The notes below the pieces were generated by a model, which worked only from the letters and a program-made list of their open reading frames with translations, did no database searches and was not told where the DNA came from. Made by a program: the position numbers and the translations under genes. This document shows positions 1-11,387 of a stretch of DNA of 61,500 nucleotides, piece after piece. Position 1 is the stretch's first letter; each line of letters begins with the position of its first letter. Source of the DNA: an uncultured Melioribacter sp. (GTDB taxonomy: Bacteria > Bacteroidota > Ignavibacteria > Kapaibacteriales > Kapaibacteriaceae); NCBI GenBank assembly GCA_964484755.1, contig CAZAGH010000001.1:48867-110366 (forward strand). The letters run 5' to 3'.

Positions 1-269
1 TTGGTGATTGCAGAATTGTCCCCGTAGCCCTTCGCTATGAACACCTGCGGGAGCAGCGTCCTGCCTGCTGGGTGCGCTTTGGAGAGCCACTCATGCACGA
101 TGGACGAATGGGAGTTCGTCAAATCGTACAAGATGTTTCGGAGCGATTACAAGCCGTTCGAGATCAGGTTCGCAACGACGCTATGTACGAGGATGACTCA
201 GCCTACCGCGTATTTCTTCAGGGACGGCTGTCGATGGAAAAACGATTTGACAAGGTCATGCGTCGGTAA
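1..269 (+). CDS. 3' end of a gene entering from upstream; tentatively the C-terminal part of a PlsC/LPLAT-type acyltransferase
   Basis: Frame 3 is open from the window edge to TAA at 267-269 and reads GDCRIVPVALRYEHLREQRPACWVRFGEPL... The IVPVAL.Y and V.FGEP pattern resembles the last conserved blocks of glycerolipid acyltransferases. The competing frame-1 ORF (37-306) is Cys/Trp-rich and looks non-coding. Confidence 0.4.
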   Translation, partial: GDCRIVPVALRYEHLREQRPACWVRFGEPLMHDGRMGVRQIVQDVSERLQAVRDQVRNDAMYEDDSAYRVFLQGRLSMEKRFDKVMRR

Positions 270-306
270 CGGCGATTTTTACGCACAACAAAGAAGGAAC
301 ACATAC

Positions 307-627
307 ATGTCAGTTACTGCCGTGAACGATGAACAGTTCGCACAGCGTGTTGCCACAGGCAACGCAATCATCGTCAAGTACTACGCCGATTGGTGCGGTT
401 CCTGTAAGCTTTTTGCACCGAAGTTTACGCGTCTGAGCAACGATGAACGATTTACAGGAGTTGAGTTCCTTGAAGTCAATGCCGAGATATGCCCGGAGGC
501 GCGCCAAGTTGCTGGTGTAGACAACCTTCCATTCTTTGCTGTGTTCAAAGGTGGTTTGCTGCTGGAAGGAACAGCAACAGCAAAAGAGGAGACAGTAGTT
601 GCGATGCTTGAGAAGGTGAAGGCATGA
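307..627 (+). CDS. thioredoxin-family protein (106 aa) with a WCGSC active site
   Basis: ATG at 307 gives MSVTAVNDEQF...IVKYYADWCGSCKLFAPKF...LPFFAVFKGG. Length and layout are typical of thioredoxin. The active site is CGSC rather than the canonical CGPC. Confidence 0.85.
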   Translation: MSVTAVNDEQFAQRVATGNAIIVKYYADWCGSCKLFAPKFTRLSNDERFTGVEFLEVNAEICPEARQVAGVDNLPFFAVFKGGLLLEGTATAKEETVVAMLEKVKA

Positions 628-866
628 ACATAGCATCAATACGTCAACTGGTAGATACATTCACCAAAGAAGAACTACAGATTGCAGAATCTGCACTCAT
701 GGAAGAGCAGCCACTTGCTATAGATGTCCCTGGTGTTGACGATGGTGAAAGGCTCACGCACCTTATTGCTGCCGTATGGGTGCATGACCATAAATCTGAG
801 CATTCCACCGACACGATGTCGGCCATTCGGGAATACACCAAACGGGTCCGTCAAAGCATTTCGTAA
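624..866 (+). CDS. small acidic hypothetical protein (80 aa), translationally coupled to the thioredoxin
   Basis: Its ATG overlaps the trx stop (ATGA at 624-627). The composition is helical and acidic. I recognise no motif. Confidence 0.5.
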   Translation: MNIASIRQLVDTFTKEELQIAESALMEEQPLAIDVPGVDDGERLTHLIAAVWVHDHKSEHSTDTMSAIREYTKRVRQSIS

Positions 867-873
867 GACTTGC

Positions 874-3870
874 CTACTGCTTTACAACAGCAGCTGAAGC
901 AGTTCCCTGCGGCGACATAACCCGCACAATGTATGCGCCTGTTGCCCACGTACCTGTCTCAAGCTTGAATGATGTTTGATCATCAGCAAGGGCGATCGAG
1001 GCGAGCATGACTCCTGAGAGCGAGTATGCTTCAAGCGTGCGGGACGCCCATTGAGGCAGGCTAACACTGACATGATCAGTTGCTGGCTGCGGCGCAACAG
1101 TTAACAATGACGATGCAGCCCAATCATCGACGGATGTAACGTTCGGGTTGTACGTAAACGGATCAGACATAGTCGAGCAACCCTCGGCAGTAAACACCTC
1201 AACCGAGTATGAACCAGCAACATTCGTAACGAGCACGCGCGATGTTGCTCCGGATAGCTTCACCCCGTCTCGGTACCATTGGAAAACACTCACGCCGCCA
1301 AAGGCTGTTGAACGGAGCGAGTCCTTTCCAACAACGCTGACAAGGGGCTTCGAAGGCGCCTTGTTAATCGTTACCGTCTGTGGTGTTGAGACGGCGCGAC
1401 AACCATTCGCATCCTCGACACCTACGCTGTACGAACCCGTTGCATTTGTAGACCGAAGAACGATTCGGCGGTTCGTGTCGCCGTTTGACCACCTGTATGA
1501 TGAGTATCCAGCATTTGCTTCAAGCACCACTGAATCACCAGCGCATACTGTTGTTGCAGTGAGCGCTTTCACGGTTGGCGTTGTCGCTGTGCACTGACGT
1601 ACATCAATCTCCCACACACCGCGGCCATACGTTGCAATGCGCAAGATGTTGGTCGACGGGATAAGCCTCATAGCGCTGACCATTACAGGTGGAATACCTG
1701 TGCCATATGGTTGCCAGAATCCAGAATTCTCATCTGAAAAGAACACGCCGAGATCGGTACCAACAAACAGACGGTTTGTTCCACCACGCTGATAGACTAC
1801 AGTGTTGCAGGGAACGTTCGGAAGACCGGTCCCAGTAATGTTGGTAACTGTACCATTCGACACGCGCATCAACTTTTGTCCGGCTGAGAAGCCCCCTATA
1901 GCTACGAAATACGTCTTGGGGTCAGTCGGATGAACTTCGATGCCCATGATAAAGCCACTGAGACCTGTTTGCTGCTGCCAGTTTGTGCCACCATTTGTTG
2001 TGAACCACAAGGCATTATCAAAAGCTACGTAGATATGGCGTGGGTCTGATGGCGCTACCGCAATCCAACGCGTTGGTACAGAAGAAGATATGTTAGAGAT
2101 CCTCGTCCATGAAGAGCCGGCGTTTGTGCTCTTGTAAACATTGCCATAACCGATGTAGACAGTCCCCTGTGTCTTGGGATCTGCTGCAATAGGTGCAACC
2201 CATGCTGCTCGGCTCTCGCCTCGCGCATTCTGGTTCGATGAAAAAGTCCAGTTTGATCCCTGATTGGTTGTTCGCCAGAATGAGCCATAGTACTGGCTAC
2301 CATACATGATCGAGGGATCCACGTAATCAATGGCAGCCATCATACCGTCACCATCAAGTGTGTGTACGAACGTAGAACCATTGTTCTTTGTCAGAGCCGT
2401 GCCGTTGTCTTGTGCCCCGGCTATCGAAAGGCTTGGGTTAATGTTTGACGTGGCAATGCCATAATACTCCTGGATTCTCATTCCGTTGCTCATGTCCCGC
2501 CAGGTTATGCCTTGGTCGGTAGAACGGGCTATCCCGCCATCATTAGTGGAATAGAGACGATTCTGTGTGGGGTGGAACTTGAAGAAGTGATGATCAGCAT
2601 GAACCCAAGGCACATTACCGGCTCCGGTCCAGTGTGCTGACAAAACCCATGAAGACCCGTTGTTGGTGGTCCTCCAGACGTTGATGCCGCCCACAAACAT
2701 CACGTTTGCATTGGTTGGCGAGATCTCCATCGCAAGGTCATAGAATCCTTGTCCACGGCTGTCGCGGCCATCTGCATTCCATCCGAGCAGATTCAGATTT
2801 GTAGGTAGCTTGGTAAACGTAGTGCCAGCATCTGTTGATTTGTAGACGCCTTCCAAACCTTGTGACTGGTAGTTCGATGCAACGGCAGCAACTACGTTTG
2901 CGTTGGCCTTTGTCACTGACAGCCGAATGCGGTTTGCGTTTGGTATTGTATACACTGCATCCCATTTCAGACCACCGTCTGTTGACCTCTGGATTTGCGC
3001 ACCGCCATTGGGCGCATAGGTTGTGGCATACAGAACTGAAGGTACCGATGGATTGCCAATGAGGTCCTTGTAGATTCCGGAAGCCTGCTGACGCCAAGAC
3101 TTTCCACCATCTGTCGAGCGAAGCATGCCAGAGTAGGTCGCTGCAAGAACTACATTCTCATCGCGGGGATCAACCCATAAACGGCAAACAACAGCGTTCT
3201 GGGAAGCATCGTATTTTGCTCCTGTGATGTTCCACGTGCTTCCGCCGTCTGTCGATTTCAAGATCCCGTATGAAAATGCTTCAAGTCCAGTAAGGTCACC
3301 CGGACTGGCGCCGTTTGCGTCCCCTGTTGCTGCGTACATGACGGATGGATTCTTCGAAGAGAAAACAATGTCGCTGATGCCAATAACTGGGACCACCGGG
3401 ATGTTAATGGGTGTCCAGAGGGTACCGCCGTTCGTTGTTTTCCAAATGCCCCCTGACGAAGATCCAGCAAAGAGAAGGTTAGGATCTGTAGGTGATATTT
3501 CGATGACATTCACGCGGCCAATGCCGTTCCATGTCGACGTTTCATTGGGCATGTCCGGAGCAACTGGCCCTAGTTCTTTCCATACTTTCGGAGCCTGAGC
3601 TGACTCAAGGGGCTTGCGGGCGTTTATCTTCTGTAACTCTGACAAGTACAGTGACGGACGTGGGAAGGTACCATCGCTGTGAAGCCGCCCCTGCCAGAAC
3701 CACTCCCAGCGGCGGAACTGCTTACTGATCTTAGGCGTGCCGTCCGCACTTGGTTGCTCAAGAGCTTTCTGCATGGCGTTGCGCACACGCTCATATTCAG
3801 TCTCCACAGCATGTGACTGAAGCGTGAAAAGAACGAAAGCAAATACTAGTAGGACGTTTGTTTTCCGCAT
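874..3870 (-). CDS. secreted BNR/Asp-box repeat beta-propeller protein with two Ig-like modules and a T9SS C-terminal sorting domain (998 aa)
   Basis: The start is trimmed to ATG at 3870, giving the signal peptide [21 protein letters not shown]. There are at least 9 Asp-box motifs ([72 protein letters not shown]). The C-terminal roughly 75 aa ([17 protein letters not shown]...[21 protein letters not shown]) looks like a Por secretion tail. Confidence 0.8.
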   Translation of the reverse strand: MRKTNVLLVFAFVLFTLQSHAVETEYERVRNAMQKALEQPSADGTPKISKQFRRWEWFWQGRLHSDGTFPRPSLYLSELQKINARKPLESAQAPKVWKELGPVAPDMPNETSTWNGIGRVNVIEISPTDPNLLFAGSSSGGIWKTTNGGTLWTPINIPVVPVIGISDIVFSSKNPSVMYAATGDANGASPGDLTGLEAFSYGILKSTDGGSTWNITGAKYDASQNAVVCRLWVDPRDENVVLAATYSGMLRSTDGGKSWRQQASGIYKDLIGNPSVPSVLYATTYAPNGGAQIQRSTDGGLKWDAVYTIPNANRIRLSVTKANANVVAAVASNYQSQGLEGVYKSTDAGTTFTKLPTNLNLLGWNADGRDSRGQGFYDLAMEISPTNANVMFVGGINVWRTTNNGSSWVLSAHWTGAGNVPWVHADHHFFKFHPTQNRLYSTNDGGIARSTDQGITWRDMSNGMRIQEYYGIATSNINPSLSIAGAQDNGTALTKNNGSTFVHTLDGDGMMAAIDYVDPSIMYGSQYYGSFWRTTNQGSNWTFSSNQNARGESRAAWVAPIAADPKTQGTVYIGYGNVYKSTNAGSSWTRISNISSSVPTRWIAVAPSDPRHIYVAFDNALWFTTNGGTNWQQQTGLSGFIMGIEVHPTDPKTYFVAIGGFSAGQKLMRVSNGTVTNITGTGLPNVPCNTVVYQRGGTNRLFVGTDLGVFFSDENSGFWQPYGTGIPPVMVSAMRLIPSTNILRIATYGRGVWEIDVRQCTATTPTVKALTATTVCAGDSVVLEANAGYSSYRWSNGDTNRRIVLRSTNATGSYSVGVEDANGCRAVSTPQTVTINKAPSKPLVSVVGKDSLRSTAFGGVSVFQWYRDGVKLSGATSRVLVTNVAGSYSVEVFTAEGCSTMSDPFTYNPNVTSVDDWAASSLLTVAPQPATDHVSVSLPQWASRTLEAYSLSGVMLASIALADDQTSFKLETGTWATGAYIVRVMSPQGTASAAVVKQ

Positions 3871-4011
3871 AACTGGCGTGACCTGTTGTGTTGCATAGAT
3901 CAAAATATCGAGCTCGAAGATGGAACGGAGAACACCAAGACAGAGTTCCGTTACAAGAGTTCGCAATTTACGACCGATATTTGCCTCAAATTGCACGAAA
4001 AAGGGAATCAC

Positions 4012-5211
4012 ATGGACGCATCATTTCTCGATCGATTGACCGCTGAACTCAACGCTATTGACGAAGCAGGATTGTACAAACGTGAACGTATCATCACGTC
4101 ACATCAGGGGCCGGAGATCACCGTTCAGGGTAGGACGGAACCCGTTCTGAATTTTTGCGCTAACAACTATCTTGGACTTTCATCACACCCTAAGGTGATC
4201 GAGGCAGCAAAGACCTATCTCGATAGTCACGGGTTCGGCATGTCCAGTGTGCGCTTCATCTGCGGAACGCAGGATATTCACCGAGAGTTAGAACAAAAGA
4301 TTGCGGCGTTCTGCGGAACGGATGATTCGATCCTCTATGCGGCCTGCTTTGATGCCAATGGCGGCGTGTTCGAGCCTCTTCTGTCGGAAGAAGATGCGAT
4401 CATCTCCGACGCTCTCAACCATGCATCGATCATTGATGGTGTCCGTCTTTGTAAAGCGCGACGATATCGCTACGAGTCATGTAACATGGATGACCTCGAG
4501 ACGCAGTTGCGTCAGGCGAGAGCAGATGGTGCCCGCACGATACTAATCGTCACCGATGCAGTGTTCTCAATGGACGGGACTATTGCTCCGCTGGATAAGA
4601 TCTGTGACTTGGCAGATCAGTACCAGGCGTTGACTATGGTTGACGAATGCCACTCCATGGGATTTATGGGTAAGCACGGACGAGGTGTCGTTGAACATTG
4701 CGGTGTCCTGGGGCGTGTCGATATCATCACGGGGACGCTCGGTAAAGCCCTCGGCGGAGGCATCGGCGGATTCACAACAGGTCGCAAGCAGATCATCGAT
4801 ATGCTTCGTCAGCGCTCGCGTCCGTATCTCTTTTCCAATTCCCTGCCCCCTTCCATCGTAGGTGCAGGCATTGCTGTAATGGATCTTCTGAGCACCACGA
4901 CCGAACTTCGCGACACTCTTGAGTCGAACACTGCATACTTCCGTGAAGGCATGTCGAAGCTGGGTTTCGACATCGTACCGGGAACCCATCCGATAACTCC
5001 AGTAATGCTCTATGACGCACCTCTTGCTCAAGCCATGGCAAATAAGCTGCTTGATCATGGGATCTATGTGATTGGATTCTTCTATCCGGTCGTTCCGAAG
5101 GGTAAGGCACGCATTCGTGTTCAGGTGTCTGCAGCGCACACGCGCGAACACCTCGACAAGGCGATTCATGCGTTCGCATCTGTTGGTCGAGAGCTTGGAG
5201 TCATATCATGA
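4012..5211 (+). CDS. kbl: glycine C-acetyltransferase (2-amino-3-ketobutyrate CoA ligase)
   Basis: From ATG 4012 the sequence aligns by eye along its length with E. coli Kbl ([75 protein letters not shown]). Confidence 0.9.
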   Translation: MDASFLDRLTAELNAIDEAGLYKRERIITSHQGPEITVQGRTEPVLNFCANNYLGLSSHPKVIEAAKTYLDSHGFGMSSVRFICGTQDIHRELEQKIAAFCGTDDSILYAACFDANGGVFEPLLSEEDAIISDALNHASIIDGVRLCKARRYRYESCNMDDLETQLRQARADGARTILIVTDAVFSMDGTIAPLDKICDLADQYQALTMVDECHSMGFMGKHGRGVVEHCGVLGRVDIITGTLGKALGGGIGGFTTGRKQIIDMLRQRSRPYLFSNSLPPSIVGAGIAVMDLLSTTTELRDTLESNTAYFREGMSKLGFDIVPGTHPITPVMLYDAPLAQAMANKLLDHGIYVIGFFYPVVPKGKARIRVQVSAAHTREHLDKAIHAFASVGRELGVIS

Positions 5212-6053
5212 TCATCGGTATCTGCGGTGCTGGCACCATGGGGCGAGGAATTGCTATCGCTTCTCTGTTGGTTGGACACCGCGTTGTTCTTTTCGATATC
5301 AATCAAGCTGCGGTTGACTCGGCTGTTGCCTATATCAAGGGCCAGTTAGCGAAATCAGTTGAAAAAGGCAAGTTGACGGCTGATGCATTCGCTGCCATAG
5401 CTATCGATGGAGGAGTTGAAACTGGTTTGTTGTGCGATTGCGACATCGTAATTGAGGCAGTTGCAGAGATCCTCGATGTCAAGCACACATTGTTTGCTGC
5501 ACTCGAGGCCGTCGTGAGCGATACATGTATTCTTACGTCCAACACCTCGTCAATCAGCATAGCATCCATCGCACGATCGCTTAAGCGTCCCGATCGATTT
5601 GCAGGGCTGCACTTCTTCAATCCTGCACACATCATGAAGCTTGTTGAAGTGATTCGTGGTCCACGTACTTCTCAGCAGACAGTCGATGTATGTGTAGCTT
5701 TCGCTACAGAGCTTGGTAAGACACCAGTGGTTGCCAAAGATGCACCAGGCTTTATCGTAAACCGAATCGCCAGAAACTACTACAACGAGTCGCAGCGAAT
5801 AGTCATGGAGGGGGCAAGTACTGTTGAGTCTGTTGATACACTTATCAAGGGGCTTGGATTCAAGATGGGGCCATTCGAACTGATGGACCTAATCGGTGTT
5901 GACGTGAACCTCGATGTGACGAAATCGCAATGGCAACAGTTCTTTCTCGAGCCAAGATTCACGCCGTCATTGTTGCAACAGCAAATGGTTGATGCTGGGC
6001 TCCATGGTAGAAAATCTGGCCGAGGATTCTACGATCATTCAGCGAACGATTAA
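5208..6053 (+). CDS. 3-hydroxyacyl-CoA / 3-hydroxybutyryl-CoA dehydrogenase family protein (281 aa)
   Basis: It has the N-terminal Rossmann motif [14 protein letters not shown] and the 3HCDH signatures NTSSISI and [16 protein letters not shown]. Its ATG overlaps the kbl stop (ATGA). Confidence 0.8.
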   Translation: MIIGICGAGTMGRGIAIASLLVGHRVVLFDINQAAVDSAVAYIKGQLAKSVEKGKLTADAFAAIAIDGGVETGLLCDCDIVIEAVAEILDVKHTLFAALEAVVSDTCILTSNTSSISIASIARSLKRPDRFAGLHFFNPAHIMKLVEVIRGPRTSQQTVDVCVAFATELGKTPVVAKDAPGFIVNRIARNYYNESQRIVMEGASTVESVDTLIKGLGFKMGPFELMDLIGVDVNLDVTKSQWQQFFLEPRFTPSLLQQQMVDAGLHGRKSGRGFYDHSAND

Positions 6054-6065
6054 GCACGCTCCCAG

Positions 6066-7262
6066 ATGCTGACAGAGCTCTTTCTTGCACAGCGTTTTTC
6101 CTCCTCGCTACGCAAGGATGTTTTCACGCGTTTCACAACAGTGATGACAACCGTCAGCATCTCCGTAGGCTATACAGCAGTCTGCGTTGCTCTCAGCATC
6201 CTACAAGGGTACTCAGACACAATAGTCACAACCGCTACACGGTTTACGTCGGATGTTGTCGTGCGCTCGCAAGTAAGTGTGGACTTCGATGAAACGAGCT
6301 CACTTACCTCGAAGCTCCTGCGTATGTCAGAGGTCCAGGATGTCTCAATCATCCTCGAACGTGAGGCACTTGTCAAGTATCAGGGACAGATCGACGGCCT
6401 CATGCTTCATGGCATCGATGAGAAGCGTTCCGCCGTCCTGGCCGATGTTGTTACACCGCGCGATGCTGAAAAGCGATATGGTTCAGGATTGATTATAGGA
6501 TGTGGGGCCGCTGCACGCCTGGGCGCTGGGATTGGCGACACCGTAACGCTGATTATGCAACAACGTTCTGCAAATGTTCCTGGAGTTCGCCGAATCCCTA
6601 TCGTGGGAACATTTCAAACGGGAATGGGAATGCAGGATGATAACGTTGCGATGCTCAACATTGATTCGCTGCGTTCGTTTTCAGCGGCTTCGAGGTCAGC
6701 TGCATCAGCCTTGCTCATTAAAGGTCGTGAAACAGAGCGGGCTGAACTTCTCGCTCAGCAGGTGCGATCCCGGTGGAGTTCCTCGGTCTTTGTTGCGACT
6801 TACAAGGAGGTCTTTCAAGGGATATGGGGCTGGATCGAGCTTCAACGAAAACCTATTCCTATCGTGCTAGGCCTGCTTTCGATTGTTGCCGTGGTGTCAA
6901 TTGTATCGTCGCTGCTACTGATGATCGTTCAAAAGGTCCAATCAATTGCGATCCTGGCAACCCTCGGCATGAGTGCCTATCGAATTGGCTTTGTTGTGCT
7001 CATCAGAGCAGCTGTCTCGGCAGTGATTGGCGTTGGCGTGGGATTCGTGCTTACCACAGCGTTTTGGTACATACAGAGCACCTACTCGCTGATCAAGCTC
7101 GATAGCAGTCTGTACTATGTCTCAAGACTACCTGTTGCCTTCGAGCCAGGATTGATGGTCGTAGTTGGACTTGGGATCATCGGCCTTACGCTTACAGTTG
7201 CTCTTCTGCCGATGCTTGTGGCCCAGCGCATTAAGCCTGCCCGGGCCCTTCGTTTTTCTTAA
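6066..7262 (+). CDS. LolC/LolE-like FtsX-family ABC transporter permease (398 aa)
   Basis: The N-terminus (LFLAQRF.SS.RKDVFTRF), one TM followed by a large periplasmic loop, and three C-terminal TMs match the Lol/MacB permease layout. No ATPase gene is adjacent. Confidence 0.7.
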   Translation: MLTELFLAQRFSSSLRKDVFTRFTTVMTTVSISVGYTAVCVALSILQGYSDTIVTTATRFTSDVVVRSQVSVDFDETSSLTSKLLRMSEVQDVSIILEREALVKYQGQIDGLMLHGIDEKRSAVLADVVTPRDAEKRYGSGLIIGCGAAARLGAGIGDTVTLIMQQRSANVPGVRRIPIVGTFQTGMGMQDDNVAMLNIDSLRSFSAASRSAASALLIKGRETERAELLAQQVRSRWSSSVFVATYKEVFQGIWGWIELQRKPIPIVLGLLSIVAVVSIVSSLLLMIVQKVQSIAILATLGMSAYRIGFVVLIRAAVSAVIGVGVGFVLTTAFWYIQSTYSLIKLDSSLYYVSRLPVAFEPGLMVVVGLGIIGLTLTVALLPMLVAQRIKPARALRFS

Positions 7263-7686
7263 ACAGATAGTTGTCGACACTCAACCTTCCAGGTCCATAG
7301 AGCAGAACAACCACGCTCAAGACAAGAAACATCAAGCCCGGCTCTTTGTCGCTGAATGGGTCTGCGCCGTGAAAAATGAACACGATGATGGCAAACAGAC
7401 CAACATTGAACGCCGCAGATAACCTCGTGAAGAGTCCTACAACGAGGAATATCCCGCCGAGAAACTCCGTGTAGGATGCCAGATATGCTTGCAGGGTTGC
7501 TAGCGGCCAACCCAACGAGGCCAGATGTTCAGCAAGACCCGAAACACCACCAAACACCTTCGTGGAGCCGTGGTGGATAAGAAGTGCTCCGAGGGCAACA
7601 CGGGCCATCACGCTCGGCACGTCCTGCGCCCAAGGTTTTACGAGGAGTTCGTGAAGATTTCGACCGATAACGCTTGGGAGTTTCAT
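7231..7686 (-). CDS. DoxX-family membrane protein (151 aa)
   Basis: A four-TM small protein with the DoxX-like pattern ARVALGALLIHHGSTKVFGG. Its 3' end overlaps the convergent permease gene by 32 nt. Confidence 0.65.
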   Translation of the reverse strand: MKLPSVIGRNLHELLVKPWAQDVPSVMARVALGALLIHHGSTKVFGGVSGLAEHLASLGWPLATLQAYLASYTEFLGGIFLVVGLFTRLSAAFNVGLFAIIVFIFHGADPFSDKEPGLMFLVLSVVVLLYGPGRLSVDNYLFKKNEGPGQA

Positions 7687-7693
7687 ACGCTGA

Positions 7694-9934
7694 TCAATCT
7701 TTGGTAGTTAGCAACGTTGGAAGTGCATGCTCATACGATGCTCGTAGATCGGCAATGTCCATAGAACAAACATCTGCAAGTTCGACGGAATCGCCACCCG
7801 TGATGCCGAGCACTTCAACGGGTACGTTGTGCTTCTGCGCACACGATTGCAGGTCTGCAAGCTTGTCCGTGGGGACAGAAACGATGATCCGGCTCTGTGC
7901 TTCTCCAAACAGAGCCGCAGCATGCAACGAAAATGGCCAGTTCAACACCGCACCAATTCCGTTGCGCATTGTCATCTCGCTTACAGCAACCAACAAGCCC
8001 CCTTCAGCGCTGTCGTGCGCAGCGGTTACAAGTCCGGCACGAATGGCCTCAAGTGTAGCCTTTTGCAGACGGCATTCCTCGTCGATGTCGATGAACGGGG
8101 CGTCGCCAGTGATCTTACCGGCGGTGATCTTTTGATACTCTGATCCCCCAAGCTCGTCACGTTGCCATCCGAGGAGCACAATTGTTTGGCCCTCTTCTGT
8201 AAAGCTGCTGCCCACTGTTTTCGTCACATCGTCGATCAGGCCTAGCATTCCGATTGTTGGAGTAGGATACACAGCATGACTTTGAGACTCGTTATGGAAA
8301 CTAACGTTCCCTCCTGTTACCGGCGTATCGAGCGCACGGCACATATCTCCCATGCCACGAATTGCCTCGGCGAACTGATAGTACACCTCAGGATCGTAGG
8401 GATTACCAAAATTCAAGCAATTCGTGATAGCTACAGGCTCTGCTCCAACGCAGACGCAGTTACGCGCTGCCTCTGCTACAGCACTGATGCCACCTCGATG
8501 AGGATTGAGATAGACATAACGGCTGTTACAGTCTGTTGTGACTGCAACCGCCTTACCTGGAAGTTCCTTAATGCGTAGGACGGCAGCATCGCCGTCTGCG
8601 CGCATCACCGTGTTATCGCCTACCTGCGAGTCATACTGCTCGTAGACCCATCGCTTGCTGGCGATCGTTGGGCTCGAAACAAGACTTCGTAAGGTGTTGT
8701 TGATCTCATCAGCTGATAGAACAGGACCATGATCGACAGCATGTTGTGTTACGTCGAGGTATGCCGGACGCTTCTGTTCGCGAACGTAGACCGGAGCATC
8801 TCCGCCAAGCACAAGAGACTGAGCCGGGATACACGAAACAAGCTTCCCATGGCGTGTAATTGAGACGATGCCATCATCAGTTACTTCGCCGATCTGCACA
8901 AATGGTACATCCCATTTCTGGCATACGGCGATGGCCCGGGTTTCTTTACCTCTCTCAACAACAACCAGCATGCGTTCTTGCGACTCCGAAAGCATGATCT
9001 CATAAGCGCTCATGCCTTCTTCGCGAAGAGGCACCCTATCAAGGTCGATTCTCATTCCGACATTGCCCTTGGCGCTCATTTCAGCTGTTGAGCACGAGAT
9101 ACCAGCGGCACCCATATCCTGCATTCCAACGACAACACCAGCTTCGATGAGCTCAAGCGAGGCTTCCAAAAGGAGCTTTTCAGCAAATGGATCACCCACC
9201 TGCACCGTTGGACGCATGTTCTCGGTTTCCTCGTCGAATTCCCGAGATGCGAGGAGCGATGCTCCGTGAATCCCGTCACGTCCGGTGCTGGAACCCATGA
9301 TGAACACCGGATTACCAGGACCCTTCGCCGTTGCCGAGGCCATGCCGTCAGCTTTCAGCACACCAACAGCCATCGCGTTCACAAGTGGGTTGTCGGTGTA
9401 GCAACGGTCGAAGTAGACCTCTCCGCCAACAGTAGGCACGCCAAAGCAGTTTCCGTAGTGACCGATGCCACTCACAACCCCCTTGACGAGGTATCGTGTA
9501 CGATCTGTGGTTGGCTCGCCAAAACGCAGAGAGTTCAAAGCAGCTATTGGACGGGCCCCCATCGTGAAGATATCACGAAGAATACCGCCTACCCCGGTTG
9601 CTGCGCCTTGGAATGGTTCTACAGCACTTGGGTGGTTATGCGATTCGATTTTGAAGGCAACCCCGTAGCCCCCTCCAACGTCGATCACGCCGGCATTCTC
9701 TTCTCCTGCAGCTACGAGCATGCGTCCACCAGAGCGCGGAAGCGTCTTGAGTTGAAGAATACTGTTCTTGTACGAGCAGTGTTCACTCCACATCACTGAA
9801 TAGATTCCTACTTCCGTATACGTTGGGATGCGGCCAAGAACCGCACATATGCGTTCGTACTCAGCCTCCGTTAGACCAAGCTCGCGTGCGGTTTCTACGG
9901 TAACGTCGATTTCACTGTATGGAGTATTAGACAT
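7694..9934 (-). CDS. purL: phosphoribosylformylglycinamidine synthase subunit PurL (746 aa)
   Basis: The N-terminus matches ([11 protein letters not shown]...[20 protein letters not shown]). HNHPS and AIR-synthase-like repeats run throughout. Confidence 0.92.
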   Translation of the reverse strand: MSNTPYSEIDVTVETARELGLTEAEYERICAVLGRIPTYTEVGIYSVMWSEHCSYKNSILQLKTLPRSGGRMLVAAGEENAGVIDVGGGYGVAFKIESHNHPSAVEPFQGAATGVGGILRDIFTMGARPIAALNSLRFGEPTTDRTRYLVKGVVSGIGHYGNCFGVPTVGGEVYFDRCYTDNPLVNAMAVGVLKADGMASATAKGPGNPVFIMGSSTGRDGIHGASLLASREFDEETENMRPTVQVGDPFAEKLLLEASLELIEAGVVVGMQDMGAAGISCSTAEMSAKGNVGMRIDLDRVPLREEGMSAYEIMLSESQERMLVVVERGKETRAIAVCQKWDVPFVQIGEVTDDGIVSITRHGKLVSCIPAQSLVLGGDAPVYVREQKRPAYLDVTQHAVDHGPVLSADEINNTLRSLVSSPTIASKRWVYEQYDSQVGDNTVMRADGDAAVLRIKELPGKAVAVTTDCNSRYVYLNPHRGGISAVAEAARNCVCVGAEPVAITNCLNFGNPYDPEVYYQFAEAIRGMGDMCRALDTPVTGGNVSFHNESQSHAVYPTPTIGMLGLIDDVTKTVGSSFTEEGQTIVLLGWQRDELGGSEYQKITAGKITGDAPFIDIDEECRLQKATLEAIRAGLVTAAHDSAEGGLLVAVSEMTMRNGIGAVLNWPFSLHAAALFGEAQSRIIVSVPTDKLADLQSCAQKHNVPVEVLGITGGDSVELADVCSMDIADLRASYEHALPTLLTTKD

Positions 9935-11369
9935 CGGAAGGAAGTGGTTGACGTCGCTCGTCTTCTACAGCATGTCCGATTGCTGCGATCGATGCAACGT
10001 GTGACAAAAAGGTTGATGGAATGTCAAGGGGCCAGTGGTCCTTGACGAAGAACGTGCTGTAATTACCGGAAACAAATGGTTCTGAATCAAGCACCTGACG
10101 ACAAAACGGAATAGTCGTCTTGAAGCCAACGATCTGATAGGCATCAAGAGCTCGTTTGGTTCGTTCGATGCACTCCTGCCTCGTGTCTGCATGCACAACA
10201 AGTTTTGCAACCATCGGATCGTAGTGTACGCTAACTTCATAGCCCTCATAGAGAGCGGAATCATTCCGCACGGATTCACCGCCTGGCAGCTGCATAAAGC
10301 TCACAACACCGGTGTCGGGAAGGAACTCATTGTAGACGTCTTCAGCACAGATGCGACACTCAATAGCAGCACCCTTAGGATGTGCGATCTCGTCTTGCGT
10401 AATGCTGAGTTGTTCACCTGATGCGATGCGCAACTGCTGTTCTACGAAATCAACACCCGATATCATTTCGGTAACGGGATGCTCCACCTGAAGCCGGGTA
10501 TTGACTTCCATGAAATAGAACTCACCTCGAGCGTCGAGCAGAAACTCCAATGTTCCAGCATTCGTGTACGATGCCTTTTGCACCAATCGTGCAGCCGCTT
10601 CCCCCATTGCCTTGCGAATCTCGGGAGTTACTGCCGTGGATGGAGATTCCTCGATGACCTTTTGATGGCGTCGCTGAATTGAGCACTCTCGTTCAGGGAA
10701 ATAGAGAACATTACCGTGATGGTCAGCCAGTATCTGAATCTCGATGTGACGTGGATGAACGATGTAGCGTTCGATGAAGACACGATCGTCATTGAACGAG
10801 GTCTGCGCCTCGCCCTGCGCTGCACGAAACGCTGATTCGATTTCTTCTTCTGATTCAACGATTCGCATGCCCTTACCACCACCGCCGGCAGCTGCCTTTA
10901 TGATGACCGGATAGCCGATACGATCGACAACCGCACGGGCCTCATCGAACGAAGCAACTGCGCCGTCACTACCGGGCGAGATCGGCACGTTTGATGCAAT
11001 GGCAAGATCCCGCGCTGCTGTCTTGTCGCCCAACATCGCGATGGCATCAGGCGTTGGACCAATGAACGTCATGCCCGCATCGGCAACAGCCTTTGCAAAC
11101 TCAGCATTCTCCGATAGGAACCCATAGCCCGGGTGGATGGCATCTGCATTGGCTTTCTTTGCAGCCTCAAGTACCTTTTCGATCACGAGATAGGACTCAC
11201 GTGGAGTGTATCCACCGATCCCAATCGCAACATCGGCTTCAGTTACATGGGGCGAGCGCGTATCAGCATCCGAATAGATGGCAACAGTCTCGATTCCCAT
11301 GCGTTTGCATGTTCGCATAACGCGAAGAGCTATCTCGCCACGATTGGCGATCAGTACACGTGTAAACAT
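9927..11369 (-). CDS. accC: biotin carboxylase (ATP-grasp; acetyl/acyl-CoA carboxylase subunit), 480 aa
   Basis: Contains [53 protein letters not shown] and EMNTR-like [13 protein letters not shown]. No BCCP or carboxyltransferase gene is in the window. Confidence 0.85.
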   Translation of the reverse strand: MFTRVLIANRGEIALRVMRTCKRMGIETVAIYSDADTRSPHVTEADVAIGIGGYTPRESYLVIEKVLEAAKKANADAIHPGYGFLSENAEFAKAVADAGMTFIGPTPDAIAMLGDKTAARDLAIASNVPISPGSDGAVASFDEARAVVDRIGYPVIIKAAAGGGGKGMRIVESEEEIESAFRAAQGEAQTSFNDDRVFIERYIVHPRHIEIQILADHHGNVLYFPERECSIQRRHQKVIEESPSTAVTPEIRKAMGEAAARLVQKASYTNAGTLEFLLDARGEFYFMEVNTRLQVEHPVTEMISGVDFVEQQLRIASGEQLSITQDEIAHPKGAAIECRICAEDVYNEFLPDTGVVSFMQLPGGESVRNDSALYEGYEVSVHYDPMVAKLVVHADTRQECIERTKRALDAYQIVGFKTTIPFCRQVLDSEPFVSGNYSTFFVKDHWPLDIPSTFLSHVASIAAIGHAVEDERRQPLPSDV

Positions 11370-11387
11370 GGCTGCAAAAATACGGAG

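Noticed and set aside
37-306. An N-terminal 90-aa extension of the thioredoxin ORF, and the 65-aa ORF at 72-269.
   Set aside because: The extension is Cys/Trp/Arg-rich with no thioredoxin homology. A different frame, open from the window edge, looks like a genuine gene end. The 72-269 ORF is just the internal-Met part of that frame.
3871-4011. Extensions of both divergent ORFs (874-4011 minus and 3886-5211 plus) that overlap each other.
   Set aside because: The signal peptide starts at ATG 3870, and the Kbl homology starts at ATG 4012. The overlapping extensions have no homology and would remove the only promoter region.
7674-9799. Several 100-177-aa plus-strand ORFs inside purL (for example 7674-8135, 8276-8578 and 9266-9799).
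   Set aside because: They are antisense to a full-length, strongly conserved purL. Their composition is Ser/Arg/Cys-biased and they contain no motifs.
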